In this document: positions 17,892 through 26,600 of the stretch, piece after piece
Layout of the letters: every line of letters starts with the position of its first letter
Numbering within the stretch: the first letter of the stretch is position 1
Assembly (NCBI GenBank): GCA_963648855.1
Contig: CAVJGP010000004.1
Location: forward strand, 1 to 50,978
From: Alistipes onderdonkii
GTDB taxonomy: Bacteria; Actinomycetota; Coriobacteriia; Coriobacteriales; UMGS124
Direction of reading: 5' to 3'
DNA: 50,978 nt
Program-made: the position numbers and the translations under genes
The notes under the pieces: generated by a model
The model's database searches: none
The model's input: only the letters and a program-made list of their open reading frames with translations
What the model was told of the DNA's origin: nothing

Positions 17892-18087
17892 GCGCGGCAG
17901 GCGCATTGCTGCGGCAAGATAGGCGCACACGAGGGATACCCCCGTAAAATCGATGCGGCTGCATCAGGGCCGGAAAATACGGCGAGGATTGGCGGCGACA
18001 CATGCGCATGGCGCAAGCAGTGCTGCCCGATCGGCCAAAGCCGGCATGATGCCGAGACGGGGACGGCCGAGCGGTCAGTCTCCCCCG

Positions 18088-18774
18088 TCAGCTCGCCGGG
18101 TTGCAGTGGACCACGACGCGGGACTGGCCGCCGTAGGTGCAGGTGTAGAGGGTGAGGCCCTCAAGCGATTGCACGTAGTCCACCGACTCGGGTGCCACGG
18201 TCTGCACCGACTCCACCGTGTAGCGAAGCGTCGTGCCCGAGACGGTGGTGAAGGTGACCTCGTCGCCGGCCGCGAGGCGCGAAAGGCCCCCGAAGTGGCT
18301 CGTGTAGTTGTGGCCCGCGATGACGAGACTGCCCGTGGGCACCGTGCCGAACTGGCGCACGGGCGACACCTTGAGGGCCTCGTAGTCGCCGCTCCAATCG
18401 GCCATGACGGGAAGCTCCAGGCTCAGAGCCGGGATGCGCAGGATGCCCAGGTAGGTGTAGCCCCCTATCTCCACCACTTGCTCGGCCTCGTCGGCTTGCC
18501 GCGCGGCGGCGGCAGCGGAGTCTGGCTCGTTGACTTCGGCGCGTTCGGCGATGGTAGCTTGGATGCGCTCGGCGGCTGCGGTGCTCGCCTCGCCCGCCGC
18601 GCGGTCTTCGCCGGCGTTGTAGACAACGAGGGCAATGGCGGCTGCGAGGCACGCAAGGCCGGCCGCCATGAGCACGCGGCCCCGGCGACGAGGGCGCAGA
18701 TGCGTCTTGCCGCCGGGGCACGTCTTCGTCTTCGCCTCGTCGGGTCGCTCGATAAGCACGGGCCTATCGCTCAT
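18088..18774 (-). CDS. Small sortase (N-terminal TM anchor; class not assignable by eye)
   Basis: The catalytic elements are 'GHNYTSHF', 'LTLYTCTYGG' and 'RVVVH'. The ATG at 18774 overlaps the end of the upstream pilin gene by 11 nt. Confidence 0.85.
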   Translation of the reverse strand: MSDRPVLIERPDEAKTKTCPGGKTHLRPRRRGRVLMAAGLACLAAAIALVVYNAGEDRAAGEASTAAAERIQATIAERAEVNEPDSAAAAARQADEAEQVVEIGGYTYLGILRIPALSLELPVMADWSGDYEALKVSPVRQFGTVPTGSLVIAGHNYTSHFGGLSRLAAGDEVTFTTVSGTTLRYTVESVQTVAPESVDYVQSLEGLTLYTCTYGGQSRVVVHCNPAS

Positions 18775-19933
18775 CGGGCGCGTCCTCCTTGGGCGCCGGG
18801 GCGGCATGGCGCGACCGGCGCCAGCCCAAAGTGAACAGCACGATACCTGCCAGGGCGAGCACGGGCACGGGCCAGTTGAGCTGCCCTGTCTGGATGAGAC
18901 GCGAGGGCGAGGTGGTGTCACTGCTCGGCGTCGTACCGCCGGAATCCGGCGTGGGCGTCGGGGTCGGCGTGGGGTCGGGCGTGGGCGTGGGGGTCACGAG
19001 CGTGTTGGTGACGATGAGGCCGTGACCGTCCTCGTCGTCACCGCTCGCGTTGTAACTCACCTCGTAGCCCTCGGGAACGTCGGGCTCTCGTACGGCAAGC
19101 TCGGCGTCCAGCGGGATGTTCTGCCAGGTATACGTCCAGTCGTTGGAGTCGCTGAGCTCGACGCGCGCGTAGGCCTCGCCGTTCACCGTGAGCTCCACGC
19201 TCACGGGGTCGTGGGTCGCGGAGGCGCCGCCGTCAGACGTGGCCTGCTCCCCCGTGCCGTCCACCCAGGCCTTCCACACGGTGACGCTCGTGGTGGCAAC
19301 GGGCCCTTCGGGGCGCGGCTCTATCTTGGGGTAGGCCGTGCGGTCGTACACCCAGCCCTCGGGGCTGGTGGTATGCGCGGGAAGAACCGCCACGAAGGGT
19401 TTGAAGGGATAGTAGCCAGGTGCGTCAGAGAGCTGACATACCAGGTAGACGCCGCATTCGAGGTCGGAAAAACCCAGCGTGCCATAGCCGTTGGGCTCAG
19501 CCGTCTGCAGGGGCGCGACAGCGGCCTTGCCTGCGTTGGACAGCACCCACGACGCAAGGCGATCCGCCGGCAGCGCCTCGGGATAGGCAGACGAAATGCC
19601 GAGGCCGTCGAAGGGGGCACAGGCGGTGAAGGTCAGGGTGCCGTCGTCGCCCACCTGCGCGCTCGCCACGCGATAGATGGCAACGGTACCGCCCGTGACA
19701 AGGGTAAAGGTGCCGTCCGCCTTCGTCTCACGCAGCGACACGGTGAGAGAGCAGCTGCGGGACGCGTCGAGGGCATCCCCGCTCTCCGGGCCCGTCGCCC
19801 AGGCACGCCCCGGCCCCATCAGCGCAAGCACGGCAAGCAGGACGGCCGTCACAATAGCCGCGAGAAGAGCGCAGGCGACACGGCCGCGCGCCTGCCGTCC
19901 CTCAAACAAGCTGTTGCCGAGACCAGTGCTCAT
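18764..19933 (-). CDS. Pilin-like surface protein: SpaA-type domain with 'YPK' motif, Cna-B domain, PT-rich linker and a non-canonical 'LIQTG' sorting signal
   Basis: A signal peptide is present. 'AYPKIEP' and Cna-B-like 'VTVWKAWVDG...EGYEVSY' are seen. The C-terminus is 'LIQTGQLNWPVPVLALAGIVLFTLGWRRSRH'. Confidence 0.85.
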   Translation of the reverse strand: MSTGLGNSLFEGRQARGRVACALLAAIVTAVLLAVLALMGPGRAWATGPESGDALDASRSCSLTVSLRETKADGTFTLVTGGTVAIYRVASAQVGDDGTLTFTACAPFDGLGISSAYPEALPADRLASWVLSNAGKAAVAPLQTAEPNGYGTLGFSDLECGVYLVCQLSDAPGYYPFKPFVAVLPAHTTSPEGWVYDRTAYPKIEPRPEGPVATTSVTVWKAWVDGTGEQATSDGGASATHDPVSVELTVNGEAYARVELSDSNDWTYTWQNIPLDAELAVREPDVPEGYEVSYNASGDDEDGHGLIVTNTLVTPTPTPDPTPTPTPTPDSGGTTPSSDTTSPSRLIQTGQLNWPVPVLALAGIVLFTLGWRRSRHAAPAPKEDAPDER

Positions 19934-21969
19934 CGGCCTCTCCTATCGTCGCGCCGAGTGCGGTCGGCGGATGGTTTTGCGAAATGCGCGCCCAGGCAAA
20001 CGTCCTCGCAATCGTCCTCTTCCGAAGAGGACGAGGCGGCGTCGGTGGTGTCGGCGGTGTCGGCATCGCCGACATCGCTGGAAGCAGCGGCAGCGTCGGC
20101 GGTGTCGGCAGCGTCGGCGGTGTCGGCAGCGTCGTTGTTGCTGGCGGCATTACCAGCGGCGTCCGCATCGTCGGCGGTGTCGGCTGCATCGTCGGCCAAG
20201 AAGGCGAGAATGGCCTCATGCGTCACGACAGAGTCAAGCGGCGTATCGGCGGTGCTTGCCACGGCAAGGAGCGGCGACACCTCTTTGGCGTTCGCCACAA
20301 AAGCAAACGGCGACGCATCTTCGGATTCTGCGACCTCAGAGGGTTGTGCCGCAGCCCCAGAGTTGGCGTCGGCGGTAGGCTGCAGCTCATCGCCGGAACC
20401 CACGGCAACAGACGGACGCGTTGCATTCCCATCGCCTGCGACAGCAGAAGCCCGTGGGGCATGCCCACGGCCTGCCGGAGCCGGAGACTGCGAGTCGCCC
20501 TTACGGCTTGTCGAGGCTGAAAGCGACGGGGCATCATCGCTGCTTACGGCGGAAGAGAACTGCGAGGCACCCTCGTGCTTTGCTTCGGCAGCGAGCTGCG
20601 ACCCGGATGCTGCGCTCGAGGGTTCAGGGTGCTGCGCCGCATCCCCCGTGGTCGTGACCGGACGGGCCTGGCCCGTCTCGTCCGGCTTTGCGGACGTTAG
20701 GCATTGGGCCGCATCCCCTGAGGTCGCAGCCACACGACCCCGACCCGTCTCGCCCGGCTTGGTAACCATTGGGCGTTGCACAGCATCTTCCGAGGTTATC
20801 GCCACGCAGCCCTGGTTCGTCTCACTCGATTTTGCAGATGCTGCGCGCCGCGCCGTATCACCCGAAGCCCCGGGCTCATGGCCCTGGTCCATCTCGTCCG
20901 GCTTTTCAGCCGTTGGGCATTGCGCCGCAGCCCTCGTGGGCGCAGCTACGCGGCGCTGTTCCGTCTCGCCCGACTTGGCGGACGTTGGGCGCTGGGCCTC
21001 ATCCCCCGCCGTCATGACCACACGGCTCAGCCCTGCTTCGTCGGACTCGATGGCTGCCGACTGTCGCGCCGCGTCGTCCGCCTCCGTCGACTCAACTCCC
21101 GGCGCTCGCATCCCCTCGCCCTTGTTCGCGCGCTCGGGCAGCGGCACGCCCACCGGCTTGCGACGGCGATAGCGCACGAGCAGGTACACGAGGAGCACCA
21201 GCAGCATGGGCACGGCGATGACGGGCGCGAGCAGCAGGGAGTCGAGGCGGGTGGCCTCGTTGGGGATGGTGATGTTCTTCGCGACGGGGGTGTCCACGCG
21301 ATGGCCGCGCACGAGCAGACGGTGCGTGTTGATGCCGTACGGCGTGCAGGTAAGCAGCGTGCACAGGTCCTCGCCCGGCACGATCTGCAGGGCCGCCACG
21401 TCCTGCGGCTCAACGATGAGAATCTGATCCACCTGGTAGGTGAGGGTGCGGTTGAGCACCGTGATGGAGAAGATGTCGCCCTCTTCCATCTTGTCGAGGT
21501 CGGTGAAGAGCCGCGAGGTGGGAAGGCCGCGGTGCGCCGAGAGCACGGCGTGCGTGGAGGCCCCGCCCACCGGCAGGCTGCTGCCCTCCAAGTGTCCCAC
21601 TCCCGCCGCGAGGGCCGAGTCGGACGTGCCGTGGTAGATAGGCAGCTTCACGTTGAGCTTGTCAATGGTGATATAGCCCATCACGTCGGTGTTGGGGAGG
21701 TTGAGCGCCTGGGTGTACTCGGTGAAGAGAACGCCATAGCCAGACAGCGGGTAGTCCAGCGCCGCGAGGCTCGTGTTGTAGCTATCTGCCTGGGCGAGAA
21801 TCTCCTCGCAGGTCTGGGCGTCCATGGTGTCCACGGCCTCGCTGTACTCGGTGACCGCGCGCGTCTGCACCCTGGAGTTCCACCAGTCCGACACGATGGG
21901 GTACAGCATGAGGGAGCACCCTATGAAAAAGACCAGCACGAGAAGGATGGTGGATAGATGCTTCTTCAT
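19930..21969 (-). CDS. Class C (pilus-polymerising) sortase carrying a C-terminal extension of about 409 aa
   Basis: 'TLLTCTPYGINTHRLLVRGHRV' is present and the C-terminal TM is 'LLLAPVIAVPMLLVLLVYLLVRYRRRK'. The RBS is 'AAGGGAG'. The stop overlaps the next ATG as ATGA at 19930-19933. Confidence 0.85.
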   Translation of the reverse strand: MKKHLSTILLVLVFFIGCSLMLYPIVSDWWNSRVQTRAVTEYSEAVDTMDAQTCEEILAQADSYNTSLAALDYPLSGYGVLFTEYTQALNLPNTDVMGYITIDKLNVKLPIYHGTSDSALAAGVGHLEGSSLPVGGASTHAVLSAHRGLPTSRLFTDLDKMEEGDIFSITVLNRTLTYQVDQILIVEPQDVAALQIVPGEDLCTLLTCTPYGINTHRLLVRGHRVDTPVAKNITIPNEATRLDSLLLAPVIAVPMLLVLLVYLLVRYRRRKPVGVPLPERANKGEGMRAPGVESTEADDAARQSAAIESDEAGLSRVVMTAGDEAQRPTSAKSGETEQRRVAAPTRAAAQCPTAEKPDEMDQGHEPGASGDTARRAASAKSSETNQGCVAITSEDAVQRPMVTKPGETGRGRVAATSGDAAQCLTSAKPDETGQARPVTTTGDAAQHPEPSSAASGSQLAAEAKHEGASQFSSAVSSDDAPSLSASTSRKGDSQSPAPAGRGHAPRASAVAGDGNATRPSVAVGSGDELQPTADANSGAAAQPSEVAESEDASPFAFVANAKEVSPLLAVASTADTPLDSVVTHEAILAFLADDAADTADDADAAGNAASNNDAADTADAADTADAAAASSDVGDADTADTTDAASSSSEEDDCEDVCLGAHFAKPSADRTRRDDRRGR
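20614..21045 (-). repeat. Six degenerate in-frame 72-bp (24-aa) tandem repeats inside the sortase tail
   Basis: The protein units are '...GDEAQRPTSAK', 'SGETEQRRVAAPTRAAAQCPTAEK', 'PDEMDQGHEPGASGDTARRAASAK', 'SSETNQGCVAITSEDAVQRPMVTK', 'PGETGRGRVAATSGDAAQCLTSAK' and 'PDETGQARPVTTTGDAAQHPEPSS'. Confidence 0.8.
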
Positions 21970-22034
21970 ACGACACTCCCTTCATTCGCTCGCAGGTTAG
22001 TTTGACTACTGTTGACACAGCAACGAACACCATG

Positions 22035-22070
22035 CGGGCGGGCCGGGGTTGGGAGTCCCCGGCCCGCCCG
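22035..22070 (-). terminator. Strong intra-operon hairpin (attenuator or partial terminator) between the major pilin and the class C sortase
   Basis: A perfect 14-bp GC stem joins 22035-22048 and 22057-22070, with an 8-nt loop. It lies 32 nt after the pilin stop. The U-tail is weak ('CAUGGUGUUCGUUG'). Confidence 0.6.
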
Positions 22071-22101
22071 GATTGCCTCTTAGGAGGCGCTTGCCGGGCG
22101 C

Positions 22102-23595
22102 TTACTTGTTGGCAGACATCTTCTTCTTGGCAACGAGGGCGACCACGGCGCCAGCGACGAGCACGCCGCCGACCACATAGAACACGGTGGTGCCGATGCC
22201 ACCGGTGCCGGGGAGGACGGTGCCCTTGTGGTTGATGATCTTCTGGGCAGTGGTGTAATTATCGGCCGTCAGAGTAATTGTCTGGGACTCGGGGAGCAGG
22301 TTGTAGCCGTCGGGAGACTGCAGCTCGGCGAGATGGTACGTGCCGGGCTTCAGACCAGTGATGGTGAACGCACCGGTCTCGTCGGTCGTGATCTGATACG
22401 TAGCGGACGTCTCATCCACCGGGTAAGTCGTTGTGCCCTGAGCTGCGGCGGCGAACTTCAAGTTGGTGTCAGCGTTGTCCTGCGTGGAAAGGGCGAAGAC
22501 CGCGCCGGCAAGAGCCTTGTCGTTCTCGTCTACCTTGTTCACGGTAATCGAGTACGTGTAAACCGTCGCCTTAGCAGTCGCGGTCTCGGTGGCGTCGGAG
22601 CCGAACGTGAGGTAGGCGGCGTTGGCGTTGCCGGTACCACCGACCGTGGCAGTCTGGTTCAGCTTGCCCTGATAGGTGACGATGAAGCCGCCGGCTACGC
22701 CCTCCGTGCCGTTGACCTTCGCAAGGCCATCCTCGGTCAGGGTCAGGTCGAAGGTGGTGATGAGGCCATTGGCTACGACCGTGTAGTCGTCGTTAAGGGT
22801 CAGCGCGGTGCCGTCGATCTTGGTTACCTTGATGGTGGCCGCATCAAAGTCGATGCCGCTAGCAATCTTGTCGTGCAGGGCAATGTTGGTGTCGCCCTCG
22901 TGCAGGATGACCTTCACCTGATACTCAACGGTGTCACCAAAGCCGGCGGTCGTGGTGTCAGCGAAAGTCGTCTCCTCGGGGAACATCGCGGTGTCAGCAG
23001 CCGACTTGACGAAACGAACCTGCTTGGTCAGGGTCGGGACAGTGTTCTTGTCCTGGACATTTACCGTGCCCGTCGTGGTGTCGAGCGTGCAGAGCGTACC
23101 GGTGGTGGTGGAGATGAAGTAGTAGCCAGGCTCAAGATTGCTGAAGACCAGCGTCGTGCCAGTGGCCTTCTCCGTGCCCGCCACGGTGAACACGCCGCCC
23201 TGCTCGATGAGGCTCCTGATGATGCCCACGAGGTCGGACTTGGCGGTCTCGATCCTCAGCACACCGTTGACAACCTGGTAATACTCAGGGTCGTTCAGCG
23301 AGGAGAAGAGGTTCTTAAGGTTATCGTTGTCCTTGACGGCCTCGACCAGGGCCACGCGGTCATCGTCGGCGGGAATCGTGTAGCTGTAGCCCGTGCCGTC
23401 CTCGGTGGTGGTGAGGTCAAAAATCTTGTAAATCGTGTACGTCTGGCCCACGTTGGCGTTCTCGATGGTGACGGAGCAGTTTGCCTCCTCTGCCTTCGCG
23501 GTGCCGGCAAACATCGCGAGCGCCATGACGGCGCTGGCGAGCACGGCCAGGACGGCCGTGAGGAGCGTTCTTGCTCGTGTTGCTGTGGCGTGCAT
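22102..23595 (-). CDS. Major pilin (SpaA-like, isopeptide-domain fimbrial subunit) with an LPGTG anchor
   Basis: A signal peptide is present. The pilin-motif-like sequence is 'NVQDKNTVPTLTKQV' and the E-box-like sequence is 'YHLAELQSPDGYN'. The C-terminus is 'LPGTGGIGTTVFYVVGGVLVAGAVVALVAKKK'. The ATG at 23595 is preceded by 'AAGGAAAGGAAG'. Confidence 0.85.
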   Translation of the reverse strand: MHATATRARTLLTAVLAVLASAVMALAMFAGTAKAEEANCSVTIENANVGQTYTIYKIFDLTTTEDGTGYSYTIPADDDRVALVEAVKDNDNLKNLFSSLNDPEYYQVVNGVLRIETAKSDLVGIIRSLIEQGGVFTVAGTEKATGTTLVFSNLEPGYYFISTTTGTLCTLDTTTGTVNVQDKNTVPTLTKQVRFVKSAADTAMFPEETTFADTTTAGFGDTVEYQVKVILHEGDTNIALHDKIASGIDFDAATIKVTKIDGTALTLNDDYTVVANGLITTFDLTLTEDGLAKVNGTEGVAGGFIVTYQGKLNQTATVGGTGNANAAYLTFGSDATETATAKATVYTYSITVNKVDENDKALAGAVFALSTQDNADTNLKFAAAAQGTTTYPVDETSATYQITTDETGAFTITGLKPGTYHLAELQSPDGYNLLPESQTITLTADNYTTAQKIINHKGTVLPGTGGIGTTVFYVVGGVLVAGAVVALVAKKKMSANK

Positions 23596-23683
23596 CGTCG
23601 TACTTCCTTTCCTTGCTCGACAATACCTCTCTTGCGCGCGTGCTTGACCTGCGCTCGGCATCCGCGCCAAGGCAGGGCGGCGG

Positions 23684-26600
23684 CTACATGTTCGCCTCCC
23701 CGCGCCGACGTTGACGGATGCCATACAGAAGGCAGGCCGCGCATAGCGCGAGCGCGGCTCCGACCGCTGTAATCACATGGGTGCCCGCCCCGCCCGTTGC
23801 GGGCAGGAGGTCTCCGGTCTGGTTGTTCACCGTGAGGATGTAGTTGGTGGCGTCGGTGGAGCGGATGCCGCACTGGGCACGCGCCGAGTCGTCCAACTCA
23901 TTGGCTGCAATGTAGGCAGAGTTCTCAAACGTCACCGCGCCGTCCTCCACGCAGAAGTACACGGGGGCAGGCAGCTTGTAGTAGGCGGTGGGCGTGACGG
24001 TCTCCACCAGGCAATAGTGACCGGCGGTGAGGTCTGAGATGGTCGCACGTCCGCCCGCGTCAACCTCGTAGGTGCCCACGGTGGCGTAGACGCCGTTGTC
24101 GTCAAGCTCGCGCAGCTCGAAGGTTGCGCCGGTGATGGCGACGTTGCCCTTGCCCGTCTTCTGCAGGGTGAGGTTGGCACGCGTCCAGGCGTTCACGAAG
24201 CGGTTGTTCAGGTCGTAGGTGACCCACGTGCCGCCCTCAAGGCACTCGGACACGTAGCCAGGGTCGTAGTAGGTGATGCGGTAGACGTAGCCGTCGGCCG
24301 TGTAGTTGGTGGGCGCCGCACTCTCGAAGAGGTAGTACGTGCCGCGCGTAACCTGACGGCCGAAGAGCACGTTGCCGTCGGCGCCCGAGGTCGCTTGCAG
24401 GTGGGCGACGTCTTCCGACAGGGCGGCGTCGCCGTAGCACAGGCCGTAGGTGCCGTCCTCGGCCTGGGCCAGGCTGAGCTTGCTGTCGTCGAAAGCGGAC
24501 GTGTCGCTGTCCAGGGCGGCGGCGAGTTCGGTGGCCCCGTAGAGCTCGAACGTGGCCCCTTCCAGCGCCACGCCGGCGTCGTTGACCTTGGTGAAGGCAA
24601 AGCCCGCCTCGTCGCGCGCGTTCTCCACCGTGAAGGCGATGGTGTCGGCATAGGCGGGGTTCGTGATGGCGGTGCCGTCCTTGTAGTAGGTGGCCGCACC
24701 GTAAGACACCTTGTAGTACTTGTAGCCGTCGTCGTAGTCGGCCGTGTAGGAGCTGTCGCCGATGGAGGTCTCGCGCACGAAGTACGTGGCGAGCTGGCCC
24801 TCGGCATACAGCGGCACATCGGCCCAGGTGACCGACCAGGGCGTGTCCTCGGCACCGTTGAGCGTGGCGGAGCATCCCGTGACGGGGGTCTCCGTCACCG
24901 TGCCGTCGGCAGCCGTGTCCTTGCGGTAGAGCTGCACCGTGACGGGCGTCTTGCTGCCGTCGGTCCACTTCTTGGTGAGGGTCACGTCCACGGAGTAGGG
25001 GTAGTTGCGCACGTCCACCACGCTGGTGTCGCCCGCGCCGCCCGTGGAGATGCCCACGTACTTGCTGCCGCCGGAGGCCGAGACGCTCGCCACCTTGGTG
25101 GTAGCCCAGTTGTTGTCCTCGTCGGCCGTGAGCGTCACCACGATGGTGCCGGGGTTCTCGTAGCCTTCCACCAGCGGGCTCTCCGTGAGGGTGTAGGTGC
25201 CCGGCCCCGCGTAGAGGAAGATGCGGCCGGCCTCATTGGTGGTGACGATGTCGGTGTAGTCGGCCTCGCTGTCGGGCTCCAAGACATCGCCGTCCACGGT
25301 GGCGCCCTTCACATAGTAGATGCCGCCCTGCTCGAACACCTTGAAGTCGGAGGAGCCCACCTTGGAGATCTTGAAGGAGACACCGGCCATGTCGGTGTTG
25401 GTGGCCATGTCGTGCTTGTCGATGGCGATGGTGCCGGGGATGGCGTAGACGTTGAGGAAGTCCACCTCGAGGCCCTCGGCGCTGGAGCCACCGAAGCCCG
25501 TGATGGCGGGCGGCGTCACCATGGAGCCGTCGGAGGAGAGGTAGTCGGCCCAGCCGCGCGTGTTCTCGCTGGCAGTGCCAGAGTTCTTCACGTTGTAGCG
25601 CGTGTGCACCGAGAAGGGCGTCTCGTCTGCGTCAAGCGCGTAGCCCGCCTCGGTGAGCGTGTAGGTGTAGTACTGGTCGGCCGGAACCTCCCAGGTATAG
25701 GTGATGGAGCCGGAGTCGCCCTCGTCGGAGGCAGAGGTGGTGCAGCTCGTGTAGCCCAGCTCGCCCGCGGCCAGCGAGGGGTCGCCCGCCTCCTTGGCAA
25801 GGAGCTTCCAGGAGGAGTTGACCTCGCCGCTCTGCCCGCTGTTGGCGACCACGTTGATGGCGAAGGAGCCGCTGAGCACCTGCGAGATGGCCGTGGTGTC
25901 GCCGGCGAAGGTCTTGGTCACCTTGATGGTGCTCGACTTTGCCACAAGCTTGCCGTCGATGTGCCAGCCGTCGCCGTTGGACGACTTGAACACGTACCAC
26001 TTGAGCGTGAAGTTATCGGTGGTGAGGTCGTCGGCCTTGAGCTCGTGGCCGTTCATCGTGATGATCTTGGTGCGGGTCTCCACGAGCGAGCGGATCTTGG
26101 AGAGGATCTCCTCGTCGGAGGGGAAGTCCACCTGGAAGGTGTACGCGGTGCCGCTCGACTTAGAGGTGCGCGTGACGCCCGCCTGCAGCTGCGCCTTGAG
26201 CTGCGAGCTGGCGTCGCCGTCGCCGAAGCTCATCGAGGACATGCTGCCCAGGACGATGTACTCGCTGTCCTGCTCGAACAGGTAGAGGCCCTTGCCCGTG
26301 GTGGCGTCGTACTGCTCGGAGCCATTGCGCACCACGCTCGCCGACACGTCGCTGTCCGCCGTGTAGAGCGAGTCGGTGAAGTTGCTGACGGAGGTGGACG
26401 GGGACCAGCCCGTGGTGCCTTCGGACACGGCGACGAGGTCGACGAAGAAGTTGACGTGCGAGGAGTCGGCGTTGTCCGAGCCGGTCTTGGTGTACTCCCA
26501 CTGGGCCACGAGGCGCACCGCCTTGCCGGCGTACGCCGCGTCGGTCAGGTTCAGGGTGAGCGCGGCTTTGCCGTCGGCGGCGGGCGTGATGACCCAATCC

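Noticed and set aside
16400-18016. 538-aa minus-strand ORF
   Set aside because: It is antisense to the NADH dehydrogenase gene, which has two clear Rossmann motifs.
23596-23683. Internal promoter between the tip adhesin and the major pilin
   Set aside because: I could not find a -35/-10 pair with acceptable spacing. Only the strong RBS of the pilin gene is evident.
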